This document shows positions 16,094-25,067 of a stretch of DNA of 43,583 bases, one piece after another. Each line of letters begins with the position of its first letter. The stretch's first letter is position 1. The translations under genes and the position numbers were made by a program. The notes beneath the pieces were generated by a model. It was not told the DNA's origin and did no database searches. It saw nothing but the letters and a program-made list of their open reading frames with translations. This stretch comes from a virus (Duplodnaviria; Caudoviricetes), in IMG/VR virus record IMGVR_UViG_3300045519_000021, positions 1-43,583 of that record. One strand, 5' to 3'.

Positions 16094-17564
16094 GGTTGCG
16101 AAGCACCTCGTGCTGCCATCCGGCATCACCTCGACCGGCTACCCGGCGGTCGCAGCACAGTGCAAGCGCATGGGCGTCGTCCACGACGACTGGCAGGCCA
16201 GCCTCGGCCAAGCGACGCTCGCGAAGCGCAAGACGGGCCTCTACGCCGCCGGCGTGACCGGCATCACCGTCTCGACGCCTCGCCAGCTCGGCAAGACGTT
16301 CACGTTCGGCACGATTATTTTCGCGCTGTGCATCCTCACGGCCGGCACGAAAGTGCTGTGGACGGCGCACCACTCGAAGACCACCGATGAGACGTTCGAC
16401 TCGCTCGCGTCCATGGCTCGCCGACCGCAGATCGCGCCGTACATCGAGCAGGTTCGCCTCGGCAACGGCCAGCAGATGATCAAGTTCCGCAACGGCAGCC
16501 GCATCCTGTTTGGTGCCCGCGAGCATGGGTTCGGTCGCGGTATCCCAGGTGTGGCGATCGTCGTGTTCGACGAGGCACAGATTCTCTCACAGCGCGCCGT
16601 GAACGACATGGTGCCGGCCGCGAACACGGTCAAGAACCCGCTCATCATCTACATGGGCACGCCGCCGCAGCCCGAAGACCCAGCGGAGGTGTTCAAGGCA
16701 CGGCGCAAGCGAGCGCTCTCTATTGCCCGTGAACGCGCCGACGACCCCTCGACGGTCTACAACGGCCTCTACGTCGAGATCGGCGCCGACTCGAACGCCG
16801 ACCTCGACGATCGTGCGCAGTGGCGCAAGGCCAACCCCTCGTACCCCGGTCGCACGCCAGAAGAGTCGATTCTGCGCATGCGCGATCAACTCAACGACCC
16901 GGCCGCGTTCCGCAGAGACGGTCTCGGCATCTGGGACGAAGAAGGCACCGGCACCCGCCACATCAGCAAAGAGCGGTGGCAGGCAACGGCCGTCGACCAC
17001 GTCGCCGCCGAGGGCGTTCGCTCGTTCGGCGTCGCGTTCTCACGCGACGGCATGCGCCAATCGGTCGCCGGCTCGCTCAAGCACGCGGCCGGTATCCACC
17101 TCGAGCTCATCGGCACGTACTCCGGGCCGATGGACGAGGGCGTGCGGCCGCTCGCGCGCTGGCTCGCCGAACGGTGGAAGAACACCGCGATGATCGCAAT
17201 TTGCGGCAAAGCCGGCGCAGCTGCCCTCAAGCAAGCACTCATCGAAGAAGGCGTGCCCGAGCTGTTCATCCACGAGATGAACTCGATCGAATACTTCGCC
17301 TCGGGCCCACTGCTCGTCGAAGCGATCACCTCGGAAACGGCGACGCACCCCGTCGCCGACGACGATGACGAACTCGAACGATCCATCGCCATTACCGACC
17401 GCATGTTCCGCGGCAAGAACGGCTCCTGGGGCTGGTACTCCACCACTCCCGACGGTGACGAAACCCCCGTCGAAGCAATTTCGTTCGCCCACTGGGCTGC
17501 CAAAACAACGCGCCGCGTACCTGGCGCCAAGTCGAGATCACGACGATCCGCCAGTAGGAGGTAG
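16047..17564 (+). CDS. terL: Terminase large subunit
   Basis: Walker A PRQLGKT, Walker B VVFDEAQ, YMGTPP, WRKANPSY. Confidence 0.93.
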   Translation: MPTTSKTKPSKRRLSEVAKHLVLPSGITSTGYPAVAAQCKRMGVVHDDWQASLGQATLAKRKTGLYAAGVTGITVSTPRQLGKTFTFGTIIFALCILTAGTKVLWTAHHSKTTDETFDSLASMARRPQIAPYIEQVRLGNGQQMIKFRNGSRILFGAREHGFGRGIPGVAIVVFDEAQILSQRAVNDMVPAANTVKNPLIIYMGTPPQPEDPAEVFKARRKRALSIARERADDPSTVYNGLYVEIGADSNADLDDRAQWRKANPSYPGRTPEESILRMRDQLNDPAAFRRDGLGIWDEEGTGTRHISKERWQATAVDHVAAEGVRSFGVAFSRDGMRQSVAGSLKHAAGIHLELIGTYSGPMDEGVRPLARWLAERWKNTAMIAICGKAGAAALKQALIEEGVPELFIHEMNSIEYFASGPLLVEAITSETATHPVADDDDELERSIAITDRMFRGKNGSWGWYSTTPDGDETPVEAISFAHWAAKTTRRVPGAKSRSRRSASRR

Positions 17565-17567
17565 CTG

Positions 17568-18992
17568 ATGGCGCTCGCGAATGCCCTCACGGGCGACGAG
17601 CTCAAGACGTTCCGACGTCTCCTCCACACCATTGCCGAGAAGCGCCGCCGGAACCACCTGCGCACGCGCCTTTACGACGCGCACCAGAACGTCACGCAGC
17701 TCGGCATCTCCGTGCCACCGAACATGCGCGACTTCGCGACCGTGCTCGGCTGGCCGGCGAAGGCCGTCGACACCCCTGCACGCCGTATCCGCCCCGACGG
17801 GTTCAGCACCATCGGCAACGAGACCACGCTTCTCACCGAGGTGCAGGATGCACTATCCTCGCCGCGCGCCGCCGCCATCGAGAAGCTCGCGATCCAGTCG
17901 TCGCTCAAACACAGCTGTGCGTTCATCTTCACCTCGGAGGGCATTGACGACGCCGGCGAGAAGACGGCGCTGCTCACCGCAGCGTCGGCGCTCGACGCGT
18001 CCGCCATCCTTGACCCTCGCACCGGCGCCACGCGCGCTGCGCTCGAGCGCGTCGATGGCGGCTGGTGGCTCTACGTCCCCGGCAAAGCCATCCACGTCGA
18101 ACGGCGCCGCAACGAGTTCATCGCGACCGAAGTCATCACGCGCGGCCACCAGCGCGTGACCTGCACTGTCTACTCGTGGGGCCGCACCCTCGATCGCCCG
18201 TTCGGCCGCTCGCGCGTGACCCGCCCGCTCATCGGACTCACTGACATCGGCGTCCGCGTCCTGCTGCGCCAGGAAGTCTCGGCGGAGTTCTATTCGTTCC
18301 CGCAGCGCTACGCCCTCGGCGCGCGCCAGCAGGACTTCACCGACGAGGCCGGCAAAGTGCTCACCGCGTGGGAGAGCATTATCGGCGGCTTCCTCGCACT
18401 GCCGGACGTGCCGATCGAGGAAGAGCAAGACACGAAGATGCGGCGCGCCGAACTCGGCCAGTTCCCGCAAATGTCGATGCAACCTCACAGCGATCACCTG
18501 AAGTCGGTTGCGACGCAGGTCGCGTCGGAGACGTCGCTCCCGCTGTCGTACCTCGGGGTCGTCCAGGACAACCCGCCATCGGCAGAAGCGATCCTCGCGG
18601 CCGAGGCCGACCTCGTCGAGATCGTCCGAGACGAGCTTGACTGGTATCGCGACTCGCGCGCGAACCTCGCCCGCGACGTCGCCGCCGTACTCCACGGCCA
18701 GTGGTCGACCTCGATGGCCAAGGACCTGCGGGGCATTCGCTCCGATTTCCGCGACCCGGCAACCCAGACGAAGGCCGCAGAAGCCGATTGGGCGATCAAG
18801 ATCACCCAGGCGTTCCCGTGGCTCGCTGAGTCCGAAACCATGCTCCGCATGGTGTTCAGCGAGCAGCTCACGAAGCAGCTGCTCGCCGACCGGCGAAAGA
18901 AGAACGCCTCCGGCGTGCTGCAGCAGCTGCGCGCCAACATCGGCACCGAGCAGCCCGGAGCCGAGCCCTTCGCCGTCACTACCCCCCGCTGA
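17568..18992 (+). CDS. Portal protein (SPP1 gp6-like)
   Basis: LGISVPP, LGWPAKAVD, RPFGRSRVT, AEFYSFPQRYALG, NPPSAEA. Confidence 0.92.
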   Translation: MALANALTGDELKTFRRLLHTIAEKRRRNHLRTRLYDAHQNVTQLGISVPPNMRDFATVLGWPAKAVDTPARRIRPDGFSTIGNETTLLTEVQDALSSPRAAAIEKLAIQSSLKHSCAFIFTSEGIDDAGEKTALLTAASALDASAILDPRTGATRAALERVDGGWWLYVPGKAIHVERRRNEFIATEVITRGHQRVTCTVYSWGRTLDRPFGRSRVTRPLIGLTDIGVRVLLRQEVSAEFYSFPQRYALGARQQDFTDEAGKVLTAWESIIGGFLALPDVPIEEEQDTKMRRAELGQFPQMSMQPHSDHLKSVATQVASETSLPLSYLGVVQDNPPSAEAILAAEADLVEIVRDELDWYRDSRANLARDVAAVLHGQWSTSMAKDLRGIRSDFRDPATQTKAAEADWAIKITQAFPWLAESETMLRMVFSEQLTKQLLADRRKKNASGVLQQLRANIGTEQPGAEPFAVTTPR

Positions 18993-19158
18993 CGAGCTGA
19001 AGGCGAAGTTCGACGCTCTCGGCGTCGCCGTCCGTGCGGGCGTCGACCCCGCGGCCGCCGCTCGCCGCGTCGGACTCGAGGGCGTGAAGTTCACCGGCGC
19101 CGTTCCGGTGTCGCTGCGACTGCCCGAGACACAGGCCGGTGACCTCGAGGAGAAGTGA
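18988..19158 (+). CDS. Start-less 56-codon +1-frame continuation of the portal
   Basis: ADELKAKFDALGVAVRAGVDP...LEEK begins right after a C6 run; its TGA overlaps the next ATG. Confidence 0.6.
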   Translation, partial: ADELKAKFDALGVAVRAGVDPAAAARRVGLEGVKFTGAVPVSLRLPETQAGDLEEK

Positions 19159-19892
19159 TGACGAATCGCGACGACGTCGAGGGGCTCGGCTCCGCGCACG
19201 ACCGCATCATCGACTGGGCTCGCCGCGATCTCTTCGCGCTCGTGTCGCGTCTCGACCTCACCAGCCCCGAGGTCGTGCGTGACGCGCTGCTCGAGATCGT
19301 GCCGGAGCTCGTCTCCGAGTATGGCGACCTCGCCGCGGTCGCCGCGTCCGAGTGGTACGCGAGCATCCGACCGGGCGCCGGCTACACCGCGGTGCTCGGT
19401 GATGTGTCCGACGAGCAAGCAGTTCGTGGGAGCGTCCGCGCGCTGGCCGGCGGGCTCTGGACAGACGCGCCACTCGACGCGGTCGAGCAGATCGCCGCGG
19501 CGATGAAGCGCCACGTGCTCTACTCCTCGCGCGACACTGTCGCCCGCAACGTGAACCGTGACCCGAATCGGCCACGATTCGCTCGCGTCCCTCGTGGCGC
19601 TGAGACGTGCGCCTGGTGCGACATGCTCGCGTCTCGCGGCTGGGTCTACCACACCCGTGAAACGGCCGGCGAGCAGGCGTTCAACGAGTTCCACGACTCG
19701 TGTGACTGCGCGATCGTGCCCGAGTGGGACGCCGATACGAGCCATATCGATGGCTATGACCCGGACGAACTCTACGACCGCTATCTGACGGCGCGGGCCG
19801 AGCTCGAGGCCGAAGGAGCTCCGGTGACCGACGCTGCCGTCGCTGCGCGTATGGAACTGCTGTTTCCGGACAACTACGCCCGTGCCGCATAG
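19158..19892 (+). CDS. Minor head / MuF-like (capsid maturation) protein
   Basis: RFARVPRGAETCAWCDMLASRGWVY...FHDSCDCAIVP; lies between portal and scaffold. Confidence 0.8.
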   Translation: MTNRDDVEGLGSAHDRIIDWARRDLFALVSRLDLTSPEVVRDALLEIVPELVSEYGDLAAVAASEWYASIRPGAGYTAVLGDVSDEQAVRGSVRALAGGLWTDAPLDAVEQIAAAMKRHVLYSSRDTVARNVNRDPNRPRFARVPRGAETCAWCDMLASRGWVYHTRETAGEQAFNEFHDSCDCAIVPEWDADTSHIDGYDPDELYDRYLTARAELEAEGAPVTDAAVAARMELLFPDNYARAA

Positions 19893-19988
19893 CGGCGGGG
19901 TTCTCAAGCTACCCGCCGGTTGGCGGGGTCGTTCACCCGAGCGTTTCGGGGTATCGCCGACGGGCGGAAAACGGAAAGGACAAGTCTC

Positions 19989-20480
19989 ATGACCGACGAA
20001 AACGGCGGCGAATTCACTCCTCCTGCCTCGCAGGAAGCGCTCGACCAAATCATCAACGCAGCTGTCGCTCGAACGCACAAGCGGTACGAGGGATTCGACG
20101 ACTACAAGGCCAAGGCCGAGCAGTTCGACCAGCTGCAGACAACCGATGGCGACGCACTCGAGCAGGCACGCGAAGAGGGTCGCGCCGAGGTGCGCAGCAT
20201 CCTCGCGACCGAGCGCGTCAATGCCGCATTCGACAAGGCACTCGCTGGCCGAGCCCTCTCAGCGAACGCGCTGCTCAACTTCGACCGAGCCGCGTTCATG
20301 AAGGGCCCCGACGGCGCCGACGTCGACGCAATCACCGAGTGGGTAAACGCGAACTCGACCGAGATCAAGACGACGAGCGAAGTCGTCCCCGGCTCGGGCG
20401 ACCGCACCCCGCCCCGCAACGGTGGCTCCGTCGACGAAGGCCGAGACCTGTACTCCAAGACCCGCAAGAAGTCTGCCTGA
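19989..20480 (+). CDS. Scaffolding protein
   Basis: FTPPASQEALDQII...YEGFDDYKAKAEQFD; GAAAGGA RBS; position. Confidence 0.8.
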   Translation: MTDENGGEFTPPASQEALDQIINAAVARTHKRYEGFDDYKAKAEQFDQLQTTDGDALEQAREEGRAEVRSILATERVNAAFDKALAGRALSANALLNFDRAAFMKGPDGADVDAITEWVNANSTEIKTTSEVVPGSGDRTPPRNGGSVDEGRDLYSKTRKKSA

Positions 20481-20512
20481 CCAGGCAAAACCACTCTCAA
20501 AGGAGCATTCAC

Positions 20513-20896
20513 ATGCCTCGCATGACCACCGAAACGTACGGTGCCGGCGACATGACGTGGCTCGGTTCCGCGCACGGCCTCCGCAACGCGCGCACCGAAG
20601 TCCTCGACGTGTCGGCATTCACCGCCGCAACCCACTACCCCGACGGCTACATCAAGTCGGGCACCCCCGTCGCCATCGTCGACGGCCTCGTCGTCCCCTA
20701 CGACGTCGACACCGACACCACCGACGGCGCAGGCGTCCTCGCCGGCTTCCTGCTCACCGACCAGCGCGTCGTTGGCAGCAACGACTTCGGCGTCCCCGTC
20801 CTCGACCACGGCCGCGTCAAGACCGCTGCCGTGCCGTACGCCAACTTCGCTGCGCCGGCCGCTGCGAAGAACAACACCACGATCGTCTTCGTCTAG
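20513..20896 (+). CDS. Head decoration protein
   Basis: WLGSAHG, YPDGYIKSGTP, LAGFL; directly upstream of the capsid gene. Confidence 0.78.
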   Translation: MPRMTTETYGAGDMTWLGSAHGLRNARTEVLDVSAFTAATHYPDGYIKSGTPVAIVDGLVVPYDVDTDTTDGAGVLAGFLLTDQRVVGSNDFGVPVLDHGRVKTAAVPYANFAAPAAAKNNTTIVFV

Positions 20897-20910
20897 GAAG
20901 GACCGGACTC

Positions 20911-21924
20911 ATGCCACTGTGGACTGAACTCATCGAGCCCGCCACGCTGACCGGTTACATCCGCGAAGCGCTCGCCGACATCGAGGCTCGCAAGAACTCG
21001 CTCGCTCGGTACCTCCCGAACCGTGATGTGCCGAGCATCTCCGTCCGATTCCGCAAGGGCCAGGCCGGCCTCGTCGCCGAAGCCGAATTCCGCGCGTTTG
21101 ACGCAGAGGTCGGCATCGGCAAGGGCCAGGGTGGCGGACGCGTCATGATCGAGCTCCCGCCGATCGGACACTCCGAAATCATCTCCGAGTACGACCAGCT
21201 CGTCGTACGCGACGCCGCCACCGAGCAGGTGCTTCCCGAGGCGCTCTCGACGACCCGTCGCGTTGCGCAGGCCGTGGCTGACCGCATCGAGCGGCTCCGC
21301 GGCATCGTGCTCTCGACCGGTCGCGCGACGATCCCCGAGATCGGCGGCGCGGACGACTTCGGCCGCAGTGTGTCGCACACCACGACCGCGAGCACGCTGT
21401 GGACCGACACGTCGGTGTCGCGCCTCGCCGACCTGCAGGCCTGGGCGGACATCTACGAGGACACCAACGGCGTCACGCCCGGCTCGATCGTGATCTCGCG
21501 CAAGATCATGCGACTCCTCGCCGCTGGCGACGAGTTCAAGACCACGCTCATCGGCGGCGGCGAGCGTCCCGCCACCGTTGAGGAGGTCACCAGCCAGATC
21601 GAGTCGCACGGCCTGCCTCCGATCGAGGTGTACTCGCGCAAGACCGCCGCCGGCGCAGTGCTCAACCCGAACGAGCTGCTCCTGCTGCCCGCTCCCGTCG
21701 AGCCTGACGCGTGGGAAGACTCGGAGCTCGGCGCGACGTTCTGGGGTCAGACGCTCACCTCGTCGAGCCCCGAGTTCGCGCTCGAGGGCGACCTCCCCGG
21801 CATCGTCGCGGGCGTGTACCGCGGCCATAAGCCGCCGATGATCGCCGAGGTCGTCTCGGACGCGATCTCGCTGCCCGTGCTCGCCAACGCTGACCTGAGC
21901 TTCAAGGCGACGGTCGCGGCCTAG
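20911..21924 (+). CDS. Major capsid protein (lambda gpE-like)
   Basis: AEFRAFDAE, ELPPIG, LGATFWGQT, SDAISLPVLAN; position and size. Confidence 0.88.
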   Translation: MPLWTELIEPATLTGYIREALADIEARKNSLARYLPNRDVPSISVRFRKGQAGLVAEAEFRAFDAEVGIGKGQGGGRVMIELPPIGHSEIISEYDQLVVRDAATEQVLPEALSTTRRVAQAVADRIERLRGIVLSTGRATIPEIGGADDFGRSVSHTTTASTLWTDTSVSRLADLQAWADIYEDTNGVTPGSIVISRKIMRLLAAGDEFKTTLIGGGERPATVEEVTSQIESHGLPPIEVYSRKTAAGAVLNPNELLLLPAPVEPDAWEDSELGATFWGQTLTSSSPEFALEGDLPGIVAGVYRGHKPPMIAEVVSDAISLPVLANADLSFKATVAA

Positions 21925-21938
21925 CAACCCCTCGGAGT

Positions 21939-21972
21939 TGGTGGGCACGACCCTCACCGGTCGTGCCCACCA
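21939..21972 (+). terminator. 14-bp perfect hairpin after the capsid gene (no U tract)
   Basis: TGGTGGGCACGACC-CTCACC-GGTCGTGCCCACCA. Confidence 0.55.
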
Positions 21973-21996
21973 CGAGCCCAGGCAAGGAGACTCCTC

Positions 21997-22329
21997 ATGA
22001 GCGCAATCATTCGAACCGACCTCGAGGGCATCGTCGTCGTGCACCTTGACGACCTCACGACTCTCAACCTCAAGGCCGGCGATCTCGTGCCCGATGGTGC
22101 GACGGTCGGCGATCACCTGCTCGCTCCTGCGCCGGTCGAAGCCGACGCAGATGAGCCCACCACCTCTGGCGACGAGCCTGATTCCGGCGCGACGGCTGAC
22201 GCAGCTGAAGAGCCGGAGCCCGAGAAGGCCGAAGCTGAGGACCCGGCGAAGGCCGAGCCCGCCGAGACCGCCGAGACCAAGGCGTCGGGCCCCTACGCGT
22301 CGACCAAGTCGACGCGCACTCGAAAGTAG
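21997..22329 (+). CDS. Head-associated hypothetical protein
   Basis: LKAGDLVPDGATVGDHLL then an acidic low-complexity tail; AAGGAG RBS. Confidence 0.7.
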   Translation: MSAIIRTDLEGIVVVHLDDLTTLNLKAGDLVPDGATVGDHLLAPAPVEADADEPTTSGDEPDSGATADAAEEPEPEKAEAEDPAKAEPAETAETKASGPYASTKSTRTRK

Positions 22330-22335
22330 GCTGTC

Positions 22336-22722
22336 ATGCCTGCGCTGCTCGCTGACCTGAATTACTACCAGGCCAACGGCTTCCCCATGAAGCAGCTCAC
22401 GGCGGAAGACGTCACGGCACTGCTCGGGCGAGCGTCACGGCTCATCCGCGGTGAATTCACGGACATCGACACCCGAATTCTCGCCGGCGAGATCGACGAG
22501 CAGCTCGTCGCCGATATCGCCTGCGAGATCGTCGTCGCCGCCATGCCGGTTGGCGACGCATTCGGGGTCGACTCGGTGCAGAAGGGTGCGGGCCCGTTCC
22601 AGACGACGCAGAAGTTCACGAACCCTCGCGGTGACGTGTACCTGTCTGCTCGTCACCGCCGGCTGCTCGCTGCTCGAGTTCCTCGGCGAGCGTTCACCAT
22701 TCGAACTGGCGGGGGCTCCTGA
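22336..22722 (+). CDS. Head-to-tail adaptor
   Basis: LLGRASRLIR...GAGPFQ...FTNPRGDVYLS. Confidence 0.8.
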   Translation: MPALLADLNYYQANGFPMKQLTAEDVTALLGRASRLIRGEFTDIDTRILAGEIDEQLVADIACEIVVAAMPVGDAFGVDSVQKGAGPFQTTQKFTNPRGDVYLSARHRRLLAARVPRRAFTIRTGGGS

Positions 22723-23072
22723 TGTTCGGCTGGGCGCGCACTCCGGTGACGCGGCTCCGGCCGGTCGAGGGCACCGAGGACCAGTACGGCGAAGTCATCG
22801 CGGGCGAACTCGAACGCGCTGAGCTCTCGCCGTGTCTGTTCGCCCCGGTGCCGACCGCGCTCGTGGTCGATGCCGGCGTTGCGTCGACCTCGACGCAACC
22901 AACGGCCTACTGGCCGGACGAACAGCCGGACGTGCGCGCCGGCGACCTACTCGAAATCGAAGGTGAGCAGTGGCGCGTCGACGGTCGCCCGCAACGGTGG
23001 CCGCTCGGCCTCGCCGTCACCCTCGTCGGAGAGGAGCACCAGCATGGTCAAGTTCACTCCGAATCTCCGTGA
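22722..23072 (+). CDS. Head-to-tail stopper
   Basis: DQYG...FAP...DLLEIEGEQWRVDGRPQRW. Confidence 0.78.
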   Translation: MFGWARTPVTRLRPVEGTEDQYGEVIAGELERAELSPCLFAPVPTALVVDAGVASTSTQPTAYWPDEQPDVRAGDLLEIEGEQWRVDGRPQRWPLGLAVTLVGEEHQHGQVHSESP

Positions 23073-23298
23073 GATGGAGCGGTTCCTCAAGTCGGCGCAG
23101 ATGCAGAAGTTCGTCGGCGACGTTGGCGACAAGGTCGCGCAGCGCGCCGGCGATGGGTTCGGGTCGCAGGTGAACGTCGGAGACGGCGGAAAGCGTGCGG
23201 GCCGTGCTCGAGCGACGGTGATGGCGGAAACAGCTGACGCGAAGCGCCGGCAGGCCCGCGATCACGTTCTCGAACGCGCCATCGGGCAGGGCCTATGA
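23044..23298 (+). CDS. Neck / tail-completion protein
   Basis: GGAGGAG RBS; GRARATV...ARDHVLERA. Confidence 0.7.
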   Translation: MVKFTPNLREMERFLKSAQMQKFVGDVGDKVAQRAGDGFGSQVNVGDGGKRAGRARATVMAETADAKRRQARDHVLERAIGQGL

Positions 23299-23660
23299 AG
23301 CCGCCAGACGTGAAAGCGCTCGTCATGGCGGCGCTCAAGTCGCTCGACGTACCGGTCGTTTCGCTGCGTCTCGACGACGGCACGAAGCGGTTCGTGCGCG
23401 TCGTCGCGACGGGCGGGCCCGGCCGCTCGAACCGCATCGTCCAAACCGTGCAGCTGACGATCTCGAGCTACGCCGAGTCCACCGGCCGCGCGGCCGACCT
23501 CGCGTCCGACGTCGAGGCACTCATCCTCGCCCTCCCCGCCGACCGCACCTCGCCCGTGTCGTCCATCCCCACCGCAACCACACCGATGGACGACCCCGAC
23601 CCCGACACCGGGCAATCCCGGTACGTCGCGACCTATCAGCTCACCGCCACATGCCGCTAG
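23295..23660 (+). CDS. Tail terminator
   Basis: RFVRVVATGG...PDPDTGQSRY; precedes major tail gene. Confidence 0.78.
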   Translation: MKPPDVKALVMAALKSLDVPVVSLRLDDGTKRFVRVVATGGPGRSNRIVQTVQLTISSYAESTGRAADLASDVEALILALPADRTSPVSSIPTATTPMDDPDPDTGQSRYVATYQLTATCR

Positions 23661-23672
23661 GAGGCACCACCA

Positions 23673-24257
23673 ATGGCTACCAACACCGCCAACTCTCTGA
23701 TGTTCGGCTCGGACGACGACTCCGTCTTCCTTGCCGAACGCACCACATCGCTCGCAGCGTCGCTCGCCGAACTCGAGTTCGACGACGACATCCCCACCGG
23801 CCTCATCGATTGCGGCTGGGTCTCAGAGGACGGCTTTGCGCTCGACCTCGAGGACTCGGTCGAGAAGATTCGAGGCCACCAGGGCAACGCCGTCGTCAAG
23901 GAATTCATGTCCTCGTCGGACACGACGCTCACCGCGGCGCTGCTCGAGTCGAAGCTCGAGATCGTGAAGTGGAACCTCGACGCCGCCGTCTCGAAGGTCA
24001 CCGGCGTCGACGGCGACTACGCCGAGATCAAGGCACCGTCGTCGCGCAAGGTCAAGAACCTCGTCGGCGTCGTCGACCTGTACGAGACCAGCGGCTCCGG
24101 CTCGCGCTGGCGCCTCATCTGTGACCACCTCACCCTCGGCCAGCGCGGAAGCCTCGCGTTCAAGTCGCAGGAGCTGACGACGTACAACTACTCGCTCGGT
24201 GTGCTCGGCGGCTTCCGCATCCTCACCGACACTCCGGCGCTCATCCCGAGCGTATAA
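23673..24257 (+). CDS. Major tail protein
   Basis: GWVSEDG...KIRGHQG...LLESK; AGGAGG RBS. Confidence 0.85.
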   Translation: MATNTANSLMFGSDDDSVFLAERTTSLAASLAELEFDDDIPTGLIDCGWVSEDGFALDLEDSVEKIRGHQGNAVVKEFMSSSDTTLTAALLESKLEIVKWNLDAAVSKVTGVDGDYAEIKAPSSRKVKNLVGVVDLYETSGSGSRWRLICDHLTLGQRGSLAFKSQELTTYNYSLGVLGGFRILTDTPALIPSV

Positions 24258-24340
24258 CCCTGACCACCTCGCGGCGCGGTGCACTCTCCCGCGCCGCGAG
24301 GTCCTTCCTCAGAGAGTGCACCGAACTAGGAGAGTGCATC

Positions 24341-24679
24341 ATGGCCACCACCCGAAAGAGCCCCACCCGTACCGCTGCCGCTGCGGCCGGCGCCAAGTTA
24401 CCCGAAGACCGGGCAGCGAAGGCCGAAGCGAACGACGACCTTATCCACGTCACGGTGCGCGGATTCGATTTCGAGTTCAACCCCGAACTCCTCGACGACG
24501 ACGACATTCTCAGCGCGATGGAGCGCGGCATCCCTGACCCGCTCCTCACCGAGATCAGCAGCCCGGAGCAGCTCGCGGAGATCAAGAAGTCACTGCGCGT
24601 CGACGGCAAGCTCAAGCGCTCAGCGGTGCTCGAGTTCGCCGCCGAAGTCATGCAGGAGATGGGCGAGGGAAACGCCTAA
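24341..24679 (+). CDS. Tail assembly chaperone (short form)
   Basis: Lies between major tail and tape measure; ends in slippery G GGA AAC. Confidence 0.85.
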   Translation: MATTRKSPTRTAAAAAGAKLPEDRAAKAEANDDLIHVTVRGFDFEFNPELLDDDDILSAMERGIPDPLLTEISSPEQLAEIKKSLRVDGKLKRSAVLEFAAEVMQEMGEGNA

Positions 24680-25062
24680 TCCTCCGGAGCCTGCTGCGGC
24701 GGTTCCCGGAGGAGATCGAAGCTGACCTGCAATCCGAGTACGGCATCGACCTGCTCGACCTCTACCGCGGCCGCATCTCGTGGCGCAAAGCCGCGGTGCT
24801 CGTGAAGCAGCTCCCGCCAGGGGCTCGCCTCTGGCGGGCCCACGGCGGGCCGGCCGCGTTCAGCGACGCGGTCACGTCGATTCACTACGAGGGCTACCGC
24901 ATCATGACCGGCATCATGCAGGCCCTCGGCGTGAAGAAAAGCAAGCTCCCCGATCCGATCACGGCGCCCGAGCCCGGGTGGCGTGAAGCGGCAGAGGCAC
25001 GCGCTGAGCGCTCCCGCCGCAAGGCCGCGAACTGGCTCGCGAGGCAGAAAACAACTCAATAG
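24667..25062 (+). CDS. Tail assembly chaperone -1 frameshift extension (fusion about 240 aa)
   Basis: XXXYYYZ heptamer GGGAAAC at 24667-24673; -1 frame reads GKRLIL...EIEADLQSEYGIDL...LPP. Confidence 0.85.
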   Translation, partial: GKRLILRSLLRRFPEEIEADLQSEYGIDLLDLYRGRISWRKAAVLVKQLPPGARLWRAHGGPAAFSDAVTSIHYEGYRIMTGIMQALGVKKSKLPDPITAPEPGWREAAEARAERSRRKAANWLARQKTTQ

Positions 25063-25067
25063 CGGAG

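Noticed and set aside
19893-19980. Hairpins before the scaffold gene
   Set aside because: Short GC stems without independent support; function cannot be argued from this sequence alone
17853-20078. Long antisense ORFs (also 7801-9147, 25491-27128 and others)
   Set aside because: Shadow frames of high-GC coding genes with no motifs
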